From contig JAEZBP010000961.1 of NCBI GenBank assembly GCA_023427125.1, positions 1 to 27,309 of the forward strand: a stretch of DNA of 27,309 nucleotides, given 5' to 3'. The notes beneath the pieces were generated by a model. The model did no database searches, had not been told where the DNA came from, and saw only the letters and a program-made list of their open reading frames with translations. Source of the DNA: Pseudomonadota bacterium (lineage in GTDB: Bacteria > Myxococcota_A > Polyangia > Polyangiales > Sandaracinaceae). Of this stretch, positions 1 through 7,812 are shown piece by piece. Each line of letters begins with the position of its first letter. The stretch's first letter is position 1. The position numbers and the translations under genes were made by a program.

Positions 1-179
1 GTCCGCAGAGATCACTTTCCGACGGAATTCGCCGTCTGCAGCTTCGTAACCCGGGTTTGAACCGGGTTCGGACCCCGCGCTGCACCCCGCGACCATCCCG
101 CTCCGCCGAACCGCCCCCATCGGGCCCGCCGTCACCACGATCCGCCCCCGAGTACCACGGACGGATCCTTCGCTCTCCC
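1..179. repeat. Copy 1 of an imperfect intergenic repeat (may extend left of the window)
   Basis: 1-18 GTCCGCAGAGATCACTTT resembles 317-334 GTCCGGAGCGCTCACTTT; 82-167 aligns with 388-473; the 19-mer CGAGTACCACGGACGGATC is identical at 149-167 and 455-473. Confidence 0.75.
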
Positions 180-316
180 GCGCCGCCTCCTCGTTCCCCG
201 CGACCGCCGGCGCGGTCGCCCCTGGAAGAAGCGCGGTCGCTCCGACCCCCCCTCGTGAGCAAAGACGCGCTCGCGCCATGCGCCGCCCAGTCGGGGCCCG
301 AGCGGCGCACAGGTGC

Positions 317-476
317 GTCCGGAGCGCTCACTTTGATCGAAAAGTGCCCATCGACGGCCTCGCCAATCGTGTCCAGCGCCGTGCTGGGCACCGCCGCGAC
401 CATCCCCCGCCCCCGATCCACCCCGATCGATCCACCATCACCGCGATCCGCCGACGAGTACCACGGACGGATCGCC
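317..476. repeat. Copy 2 of the same intergenic repeat
   Basis: Same ordered blocks as copy 1 (GTCCG..TCACTTT, GCACC..CGCGACCATCCC, TCACCRCGATCCGCC, CGAGTACCACGGACGGATC), offset by 306-316 nt. Confidence 0.75.
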
Positions 477-496
477 GGGTCGCCCGCGGGATCGCC

Positions 497-528
497 GGAT
501 CGCCCCGAAGGAGGATCGCCCCGAAGGA
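497..528. repeat. Perfect 16-bp tandem duplication GGATCGCCCCGAAGGA x2
   Basis: 497-512 and 513-528 are identical; GGATCGCC also occurs at 469-476 and 489-496. Confidence 0.9.
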
Positions 529-539
529 CGGATGGTTGG

Positions 540-842
540 TTACCGTTGTGCGTGCGGGCTCGACCCATCAGCCCACACACGAAAAGTTGAGAGTATCTCA
601 GCCAAGTTCTCAGGACCACCGAACCCGTAGAACTTGCCATCTCTCATCTCGCAACGGACCCAGTCATCGGAACTTCGCTCTATAGATACCGAGCGCCCTT
701 CTTCGACCACACCGGCATCAATCACCACCGACCAGCCTGGATTGTCGATCGTGTCGATCACGATCCCGCTGCCATGTTCCCACTCGCCATCACACCGCGA
801 GTGGTACCAATACTGTATCCACTTTAGGATGTCGTCAGACAC
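540..842 (-). CDS. Imm53-family immunity protein
   Basis: Characteristic N-terminus LKWIQYWYHSRCDGEWEHGSGIVIDTIDNPGWSVVID and C-terminal SDDWVRC...FYGFGGPENLAEILSTF; directly downstream of the Rhs toxin stop, with AAGGTGGT upstream of the GTG start. Confidence 0.88.
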   Translation of the reverse strand: MSDDILKWIQYWYHSRCDGEWEHGSGIVIDTIDNPGWSVVIDAGVVEEGRSVSIERSSDDWVRCEMRDGKFYGFGGPENLAEILSTFRVWADGSSPHAQR

Positions 843-853
843 ATCGCACCACC

Positions 854-2601
854 TTAGAGCAGCCCCTGTCGCCGCGCGAGTTCGCGCGCCATCCGAACAT
901 CGTTCTTCGTCGCCGGCCGTGTCGTCTTGGGGCCCAGACTTGAGAGCCCTGATGGTCCAGCATGTGCCACAGCTTCATGCACGTGAGGAATAGGTATCCT
1001 CTGGCCCGACGCCTTGTCAAAGTGGCTCTTTCCCCTCAAGTCGATGTCGATTCGACCGCCAGCAGTGCGACCCCCAACCCTGTTCCTGTTGATCTGCTGC
1101 GCCAGCTCCTCGGCCATCTCGGCCTCATCCTTGGGTCCTGAGTTAGTGGATGTGCAGCCGCCAGCTGGCTTGCTCGCGAGCCCTAGCGGATCAACTTCGC
1201 CAAGGGGATCGCGGACATACCCATACACTGAAATCCCGCCGTCGACACAAAGAGGGTCTTCACTAAGGTACCGCCCAACCCCGTTCTCATAGCAGCGGAA
1301 CCGGTTGTAAGAGAGCCCACCCTCGTCGTCTTCCATCTGCCCCGGCCAGCGAAACGGGCACTTGGTCCGCTTTATCTCGCTGACCATCTTGCCGTAGGTG
1401 TCGATCTCGCCGCGCCAGGCGACGCTGCCGTCTTGCGCGATGAGCTCGGTCGGGGTGCCGATCTGGTCGGTCAGCACGCCCCACACCTGGCCCTGCGCCA
1501 GCTTGGCCAGCGGGTTGAACGTCTCCGGCTCGAAGACCCACGTGGTCTTGCCCTCGTCGCTGTCGAGCTCGGTCAGCGGGGTGTGGCCGTCCCAGGACCA
1601 GCGGACCTCCTTCAGCGGCCGCTCCGCACCCTTCGTTTCAAAGACCTGCTTCGTGAGCCGACGCGCCAGGACGTCGTAGGCGAAGCTTACCTCACGCCGT
1701 CCGGAAGCTCGACCGCGCTCAGCATCCCCGCGCCATTCCACCGGTAGCGCGTGGTGTCCCCCAGGATGTCCGACTTCTCGATGAGGTTGCCGTCGGCGTC
1801 GTGCACGTAGCGCGTGCCCTCGGCCTCCTCGATGCGGCCGCCCGGTCCGTAGCGTCGATCGCTCAGGTCCGGCGTGCGGTAGATGTTGCCGACCGCGTCC
1901 ATCGCCCGGTGCTGCGGCTCGCCCCACGGGAGCTTCGCCCACACCAGCCGGCCGCGCGCGTCGTGCTTGTAGTGCGCGTCGCCGAGCTGCGGGTCCAGGA
2001 TGGCCCGGATCTGATCGTCGCCCTCCCACTGGTAGCGCTTGTCCCCCATCGTCCGCGACGAGCCGTCCGCCCCGCGCGCGAGCACGGTCCGCCGCATCGG
2101 GCGGCCGACGAGGTCGCGCTCCCAATGGCTGCTCACCCCGCTCGGGAACGCCCGGCCGAGCTCGAGCCCGAGCGGGTCACGCTCGAAGTCCACGCCCCAC
2201 CACGCACCCTCGAGCTCGACGCGCGTCACGTCGCCGCCGAGGTCTCGCTCGATGTGGTGCTTGTGGCCGTCGCTCGACTCCACCCGCACCCGGTGCCCGT
2301 CGGGACCGTACCCGCTCTTGATCCAGTGCACGCCGCCGTCAGCGACGCGCGTCTCCTCACGAACCACCCGCCCCATCAGGTCGCGCTCGAAGCGCACCTC
2401 CGCCACGTCGTTGCTCGCCTCGAGCAGCGAGCCGTCACGACCATATCGGTAGCGCTCGAAGGTGCCGTCCGAGTGCGCGACGTCGGTGATCCGGCCGAGC
2501 GCGTCGTAGCTCAGCTCGCTCGTGCGCCGGCTCGCCTTCGTGACCTTCGTGACGCGCCCCGCGGCGTCCCGCGCGTACCGCCGCGCGAAGCCGTCGAACC
2601 C
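854..2601 (-). pseudogene. rhs: Rhs (YD-repeat) polymorphic toxin, N-terminally truncated and frameshifted near 1696, with a 107-aa Ntox24-like C-terminal toxin (857-1177)
   Basis: YD repeats in frame 1687..2637 (GFDGFARRYARDAAGRV, YDALGRI, HDADGNL) continue in frame 854..1696 (REVSFAYDVLARR, WSWDG, DQIGTP, FRWPGQ, YNRFR, GRYLSEDP, DPLGEVDPLGL). One extra base between 1696 and 1697 restores ELPDGREVSFAYD. The toxin region has IDLRGKSH...IPIPHVH...TRPAT. Confidence 0.85.
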
Positions 2602-3007
2602 CGCGGGGAGTGTTCGGGATTGGCCGCCCGGTGTCATCGAACGGCGTCGACGCGCGATTCATGCAGTATCGCATCCTCTCTCCGGGGGCTAGGCCACCCC
2701 GAGTGTAGCCACTGTGTGCAAAGGCATTGCCTGCACCGTGTCGAGCGAACGGGATGATCGTCACTCGTCTCGCCAGCTCATCGATGAGGATGCGCCCGAC
2801 ACGATTCGCTCGGATGCGAGCGCAGGTTGCAACCACGGCTGCCTCATAGGCTTGAGGATCCCACCGGTTCCGCGGAATACCTGCAGGGTGATCGCTCCAC
2901 CGCATCTGTCCCTGCGCATCGTACAGCGCGGACCAGTCTCGGTTGCGCATCACGACGCGCGAGCCGTCGGCCACGAGCATGCGCCGGTCGTCGATGGGTG
3001 TGCTCAT
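2435..3007 (-). pseudogene. Effector-like ORF, possibly an M91-type zinc metallopeptidase N-terminal half; native sequence ends at about 2600, where it runs out of frame into Rhs sequence
   Basis: ATG at 3007 overlaps the upstream stop (ATGA). The first ~136 codons are protein-like (RIRANRVGRILIDELARRVTIIPF...NAFA...GRPIPNTPRG), then become Arg-rich shadow-frame sequence. No HExxH motif is present, so the family call is inference. Confidence 0.5.
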
Positions 3008-3480
3008 CGGACCGGACCTTCGCTCGCTCCCCGGCCGCGCTCCGCTTCTTCCGAGCGGCACTCACTCAGGTCGACGGCGGGCGGCACGCACGGAGCGCAG
3101 GTCACGGAGAACGGCGGCTGGTCGCAGGCAGTGGCGCACGGAAAGCTGCGCACGCACTGGATGTTGTGAGCAGCAGGAGGGGCGCAGGCGCGACAACGAG
3201 GTCCGGATCGTGGCGGTACCTGAGGAGCTGGAGGGTCGCGTGCCTCCTCGTGGAACGCAGTGACGTCCGTGTCGGACGCCTCGGCCTCGTGCGCCACAAC
3301 GGTCTCATCAACGCCTGGCGATGTCCCTTCGTCCATCGAGTCCTGCTGCGCAGGCCGGACGGCCGGCGGAGCCGTCGCCCCGACGGTCTCCTGATGTGCG
3401 CACCCAGGCATGCCAAGACCGCTGAGCAGGATCGCCAGCGCGGTCGACACCCTCAGCGCCTGAATCGAAAGACCGGTCAT
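3004..3480 (-). CDS. Putative Cys-rich lipoprotein
   Basis: Hydrophobic signal peptide ending in LGMPG-C, an acidic/Pro linker, then 8 Cys (CRAC, C, CATAC, CAPC, C). Its stop is coupled to the next ATG. Alternative GTG start at 3501. Confidence 0.6.
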   Translation of the reverse strand: MTGLSIQALRVSTALAILLSGLGMPGCAHQETVGATAPPAVRPAQQDSMDEGTSPGVDETVVAHEAEASDTDVTAFHEEARDPPAPQVPPRSGPRCRACAPPAAHNIQCVRSFPCATACDQPPFSVTCAPCVPPAVDLSECRSEEAERGRGASEGPVR

Positions 3481-3522
3481 GCTCGCAAGCCCGGCCCCCA
3501 CGGCGCGTGGGACCCTGCGCCG

Positions 3523-3552
3523 ACCGCGGACGGATCGCGTTCGCCTCTCCCC
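3523..3552. repeat. Partial third copy of the left-end repeat core
   Basis: ACCGCGGACGGATCGC (3523-3538) matches 460-475 ACCACGGACGGATCGC at 15/16 positions, and is followed by TTCGCCTCTCCC versus TTCGCTCTCCC after the copy-1 core. Confidence 0.5.
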
Positions 3553-3836
3553 TCGTCCTCATCTCGACTCATCACGCCCTCTCCCTCGTGATGCCGATCC
3601 CCCGTCGCTCGCGATTTCGGGGGAGGCGTACGGCTTAAGCTGAGCAGAAGGCGATACCCATGTCAATCTCGATCGGTGGTGCTGATCCCAGCGTTCGTCA
3701 TCGAAGCTCTCGGATCGCATCGACCCCGTGTCGGGTCGACCCGGCGGCCCACCCTGCTTGGGCCGAGAGGGCGAGGCATGAGGATGAGAGCGCTGCACAC
3801 TTCTTCACGTGCGCGATCGGCGCGCGGAGGTAGAGG

Positions 3837-4763
3837 ATGGGGATGTCGATCGTCTCGCTCTTCCGCTCGCGCGGCGCCACGGGGTTCGGGTACGGCTCGA
3901 GCGCGGAGGAGGTCACGGCGGGGCTCGACCTCTCCGGCAAGACCATCGTCGTGACGGGCGTGAGCTCCGGGCTCGGGCTCGAGACCGCGCGGGTGCTCGC
4001 GATGCGCGGCGCGCGCGTGATCGGGACGGCGCGCACCGAGGCGCGCGCACGAGAGGCCCTCGCCAAGGTGAAGGGTGAGACGCTCGCGCTCGCGTGCGAG
4101 CTCGCCGACCCGAGCTCGGTGCGCGCCTGCGTGGCGCGCGTCGTCGAGGACGGCGCGCGGCTCGACGCGATCCTCTGCAACGCAGGGATCATGGCGCTGC
4201 CCGAGCGCAAGACCGCGCACGGCGTCGAGCTCCAGCTCTTCACGAACCACGTCGGACACTTCATCCTCGTGACCGGCCTGCTCGAGCGGCTCACCGACGC
4301 GGGGCGTGTGGTGATGGTCGCGAGCGGCGCGCACCGCAGCGCGCCGGCCGACACGATCCGCTGGGACGATCTCGCGATGGAGAAGGGCTACACGCCCTGG
4401 AAGGCGTACGGTCAGTCGAAGATCGCGAACATCCTCTTCGCCAAGGAGCTCGCGCGCCGCTTCACCGGGACGGCGAGGACGGCCAACGCGATCCACCCCG
4501 GCGTGATCGCGACGAAGCTCACGCGCCACATGAACCCGATCGTGCGCGCGGTGTGGGCCGGCGCGGGGCCGCTCCTCCTCAAGAGCGCCGGCCAGGGCGC
4601 CGCCACACAGGTGTACGTCGCGGTCCACCCCGACGCCGCGGCGATCAGCGGCGAGTACTGGCAGGACGTGAACGTCGCCAAGCCTCGCGCCGACGCGCGC
4701 GACCCCGAGCTCGCGGCGAAGCTCTGGCGCGTCACCGAAGAGCTGGTCGCGCGTCTGGGATGA
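3837..4763 (+). CDS. Short-chain dehydrogenase/reductase (retinol dehydrogenase / WWOX / Tic32-like subgroup)
   Basis: TGVSSGLG Rossmann motif, NAGIM, TNHVGHF, catalytic YGQSK, IHPGVIAT; GGAGG upstream. Start may be 3843. Confidence 0.93.
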   Translation: MGMSIVSLFRSRGATGFGYGSSAEEVTAGLDLSGKTIVVTGVSSGLGLETARVLAMRGARVIGTARTEARAREALAKVKGETLALACELADPSSVRACVARVVEDGARLDAILCNAGIMALPERKTAHGVELQLFTNHVGHFILVTGLLERLTDAGRVVMVASGAHRSAPADTIRWDDLAMEKGYTPWKAYGQSKIANILFAKELARRFTGTARTANAIHPGVIATKLTRHMNPIVRAVWAGAGPLLLKSAGQGAATQVYVAVHPDAAAISGEYWQDVNVAKPRADARDPELAAKLWRVTEELVARLG

Positions 4764-4872
4764 GCCTCGATCCCCGGCGATGTAATCGGGGGCGCTTTCA
4801 TCCTCGGACGGGGGCGTCTGCGCCGAGGACGAGCGCTCGACCTGGGCGCGGAGCGGCGGTACCGTTGTCGGC

Positions 4873-6753
4873 GTGATTCGCCTCGGTTGTGCCTTGGTTG
4901 CGCTCGCGCTGAGCGCCTCGCCGGCAAGCGCGCAGGACACCGCGCGGCGGGTGGAGCTGCACTTCACGCCGACCGGGCGCGCGCAGGTCGCGCTCTGGAT
5001 CGAGAGCGCCGACGGCGCGCGGCACGCGACGGTCGGGCTGACCGAGTCGGTGGCGGTGCGCGGGATCGGCAACCGCCCCGGCGCGCTCCAGATGAACAGC
5101 GGCTTCCGATGGCCCTACGGCCGGCGCGAGAGCGCGCTGCCGGTGTGGGCGCATCGAAGGATCGAGGCGGGCGGGATGCCCTTCCCTCGCGTGATCTTCG
5201 ATCGGCGCGCGTCCGAGGGGAACGCGTCGTCGGCAGGCTCCTCGGGCGAGCCGCGCAACACGCGCGACGACCACTTCTGCCTCAGCTTCAACCGCGCGCT
5301 CTCCGGCCGCGACGCCCTCGACGCGGTGAGCTGCGCGTCGGTGTTCAACAGCAACAAGGGCCGCTACGTGACGCCCGCCGACGTGAGCGCCGGCTACTCC
5401 GAGCCCTGGGAGCGCGCGGACGGCAGCGGGATGATGCGCGCGCTCTCGCTCACCTCGGTCTACCCACCGCGCCGCGATCACGCCGCGTGCACCACGCCGG
5501 GCTGCGGCGACAGCGAGGACGCGGCCACGTTCAACCAGGACGCGCGGCTCGCGATGCCGGAGATCGACGCGGTGACGATGGCGACGCCGGCCGCCGATCG
5601 CGCGCAGCGCATCCTCTTCGCCCTGCCGGCCGCCTGGCCGGACGGCGAGTACGTCGCGTTCGTCGAGATCAACGTGGAGGGCGACTACAACACGCACTAC
5701 GACGCCTCGACGAACCCGACGCCCGACAACCCGGCGGGCCTCTGGGACTACTGGGCGGTGAACTACGGCTATGCGTACCGAGGTCAGCCCTCGGTCGTGT
5801 ACCGCGTGCCCTTCGTGGTCACCCCCGTCGGCGGCGAGTGGAGCACGTCGACGCCGGCAGGCTATGGCGCGCTGCACGGCGAGGACGGCGCGCTCCGGAG
5901 CATGGACGGCACGATCAGCGACACGCCCGAGGTCGCGCCCGGGAGCGGCGCCGATCGGCTGCGCACCGACGATCAGGGCACGCGGGTGCGCGTCGTGGTG
6001 CCGCAGTGGAACGTGTGCGAGCTGCCGGATCCGCCGGAGATGTGCGGGAGAGAGTGCACGCCGGGGGACGACCTCTGCGGTCAGGATCTGATCTGCGGGC
6101 CCGACTTCACGTGCGTGGGGCTCTGTGACGTGCCGATGGCGCCCGGCTCGATCCAGGGCCTGACGCTCTCGGTCCATCCGGAAGAGAGCCACTCGCATCA
6201 CTGGGCGCAGCTGCGCTTCGAGGTCCCCGCGAGCGCGCGGGCGCTCGGTCGCTACGAGGTGCGCGTCGGCACCCACCCGATCGTCGATGTGGAGAGCTTC
6301 GAGCGCGCGCTGCCGGCCGTTCAGCCGAGCGTGGATCGCTTCCAGCTCGTCGTGCCGGTCGAGGGCGCGCCCGGCGACCTCATCGAGCTCGACTTCGGCG
6401 GGCTCAGCGAGCGCACGACCTACTTCGTCGGGGTGCGCGCGTTCGACGAGTGCAACGCGCCCGGGCCGATCGCGACGGCCGAGGTCACGACGACGGAGAT
6501 CCACTTCACGACGGTGTCCCCCTGCTTCGTCGCGACCGCCGCGTACGGCTCGCCGCTCGAGCCGCGCGTCAGCGCGCTGCGACGCTTCCGCGATCGGCAC
6601 CTGATGACGAACGCGCCCGGCCGCGCCTTCGTCCGCGCGTACTACGCGGTCGGGCCCTACGCGGCCGATGGCATCCGCGAGCACGAGGGGCTGCGCGCGG
6701 CCAGCCGGGCGCTGCTCGCGCCGATCGTGGCGCTCGCCGAGCTCTTCGAGTGA
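4873..6753 (+). CDS. Secreted protein with DUF2271-like N-terminus, Cys-rich linker, FN3-like domain and CFI-box-CTERM domain
   Basis: Signal peptide (ASA-Q); QVALWIESADG; GLSERTTYFVGVRAFDECNAPG (FN3-like); C-terminal CFVATAAYGS...LRRFRDRHL...GRAFVRAYYAVGP; high-GC3 codon usage. Confidence 0.8.
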   Translation: MIRLGCALVALALSASPASAQDTARRVELHFTPTGRAQVALWIESADGARHATVGLTESVAVRGIGNRPGALQMNSGFRWPYGRRESALPVWAHRRIEAGGMPFPRVIFDRRASEGNASSAGSSGEPRNTRDDHFCLSFNRALSGRDALDAVSCASVFNSNKGRYVTPADVSAGYSEPWERADGSGMMRALSLTSVYPPRRDHAACTTPGCGDSEDAATFNQDARLAMPEIDAVTMATPAADRAQRILFALPAAWPDGEYVAFVEINVEGDYNTHYDASTNPTPDNPAGLWDYWAVNYGYAYRGQPSVVYRVPFVVTPVGGEWSTSTPAGYGALHGEDGALRSMDGTISDTPEVAPGSGADRLRTDDQGTRVRVVVPQWNVCELPDPPEMCGRECTPGDDLCGQDLICGPDFTCVGLCDVPMAPGSIQGLTLSVHPEESHSHHWAQLRFEVPASARALGRYEVRVGTHPIVDVESFERALPAVQPSVDRFQLVVPVEGAPGDLIELDFGGLSERTTYFVGVRAFDECNAPGPIATAEVTTTEIHFTTVSPCFVATAAYGSPLEPRVSALRRFRDRHLMTNAPGRAFVRAYYAVGPYAADGIREHEGLRAASRALLAPIVALAELFE

Positions 6754-6771
6754 CCGGCCTGCGTGCTCTCG

Positions 6772-6787
6772 TGGCACGCGTGTTGAT
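6772..6787 (+). promoter_or_regulatory. Possible sigma54-type -24/-12 promoter
   Basis: TGGCACG-cgtg-TTGAT has canonical spacing but GA instead of GC at -12; lies in the short gap before the ATG at 6801. Confidence 0.3.
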
Positions 6788-6800
6788 GTGCCGGCGCGGC

Positions 6801-7805
6801 ATGAGGCTCACGACACGGCTTGGCACGCTCGCTTGCGCACTCACGCTGATGGCCTGCGGAGGCACGTCGCACACCCACGACGGCGGCTCCACGGAGGTGG
6901 ACGGCGGACCGATCGACGCCGAAGCGCACCCCCGCGACGGCGGCGTCGACGGCAGCAGCGTCCTCGAGGGCACGTGCCCCGATGACGTGACCTGGCCGAG
7001 CGGGCTCCCCTTCGGCGCGGGTGAGATCACGGAGGAAGGAACGGCGACGGTGACCGGCGTGGACGCGAGCGGCGTCGACCTCGTCATCGGCGGCGTCACG
7101 CGGCGCTTCGAGTGGGCCGGCTCCGGCCTCGACACGCTGAGCGCCGGCATGGAGGTCGAGCTCTCGGGCGGTCCGCACTGGAGCAGGCTGACGGCACCCG
7201 AGGTCACGCTCCACGCCTGGCACGCCGTCGGCATCGGGGTCCCGCGCCCTGCGCTCTTCGACGGTACGCCGATCGAGGTGGAGGGAGCGCCACCGGCGAC
7301 GCTGGCCGCCGATTGCTCGTTCCTCTGGGACGAGTGCGGCGGCGAAGACCTCATCACCTCCTACGCGCTCGACGTCGGCGACATCCGCCTCCGCGAGGGC
7401 GAGAGCACGTTTGGCGCCGGCTACGCCATCCACTTCGCAGGAGCCGCGGGCTACCTCGGCAACCACGGCGCCGGCACTTGCATCGGTGAGCCGAGCTACC
7501 AGGCATCACTCGGCGTGCGCGTCGATCGGGTGGGCGAGCCCGAGACCTGCGCGTCGATCGCGGCGCGCTACGAGCAGGTCCTCGAGGAGAAGGCGAGCTG
7601 CGAGCAGCCGTCCGACTGCCGGATCACCGCCGGTCACTGCGGCGCGGGCATCGGTGGCTGCTGGTATGCGGTGAGCGGCGACGTGAGCGAGCTCGACACG
7701 CTCGCCGAGCGCTATCGGGACCTCGGCTGCACGAGCGTGGTGTGCCGCTGCGCAGCTCCGCCGGAGAGCGCGAGCTGCGTCGCGGGACGCTGCATGGCCG
7801 ATTGA
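6801..7805 (+). CDS. Cys-rich lipoprotein of unknown function
   Basis: MRLTTRLGTLACALTLMA-C lipobox, a DGG-rich linker, and a C-terminal domain with 10 Cys (CEQPSDC...HC...GGCW...GCTSVVCRC...CVAGRC). The ORF track start at 6450 is an upstream extension over the previous gene. Confidence 0.8.
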   Translation: MRLTTRLGTLACALTLMACGGTSHTHDGGSTEVDGGPIDAEAHPRDGGVDGSSVLEGTCPDDVTWPSGLPFGAGEITEEGTATVTGVDASGVDLVIGGVTRRFEWAGSGLDTLSAGMEVELSGGPHWSRLTAPEVTLHAWHAVGIGVPRPALFDGTPIEVEGAPPATLAADCSFLWDECGGEDLITSYALDVGDIRLREGESTFGAGYAIHFAGAAGYLGNHGAGTCIGEPSYQASLGVRVDRVGEPETCASIAARYEQVLEEKASCEQPSDCRITAGHCGAGIGGCWYAVSGDVSELDTLAERYRDLGCTSVVCRCAAPPESASCVAGRCMAD

Positions 7806-7812
7806 CGGAGCG

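Noticed and set aside
57..590. 177-aa Pro-rich plus-strand ORF with repeated PPSPRSAxEYHGRI, and an open minus-strand frame from ATG 568 running off the left end
   Set aside because: TTG start or no RBS, low-complexity composition, atypical codon usage and overlap with Imm53; the peptide repeat is explained by the DNA repeat. Not fully excluded.
1697..2125. N-terminal part of the 423-aa ORF 854..2125 treated as real protein
   Set aside because: Out-of-frame reading of Rhs repeats; the true coding frame there is 1687..2637.
3559..3798. 79-aa minus-strand ORF in the gap between the toxin module and the SDR
   Set aside because: No recognisable motif or RBS and atypical codon usage; probably the divergent promoter region.
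4798..6777. 659-aa minus-strand ORF, and similar long antisense or alternate-frame ORFs (10971..12896, 12745..14676, 20165..21826, 3663..5072)
   Set aside because: Arg/Ala/Gly-rich shadows that overlap well-supported genes.
6821..6837. Second sigma54-like motif TGGCACG-ctcgc-TTGC
   Set aside because: Spacing is one base too long and it lies inside the lipoprotein coding sequence.
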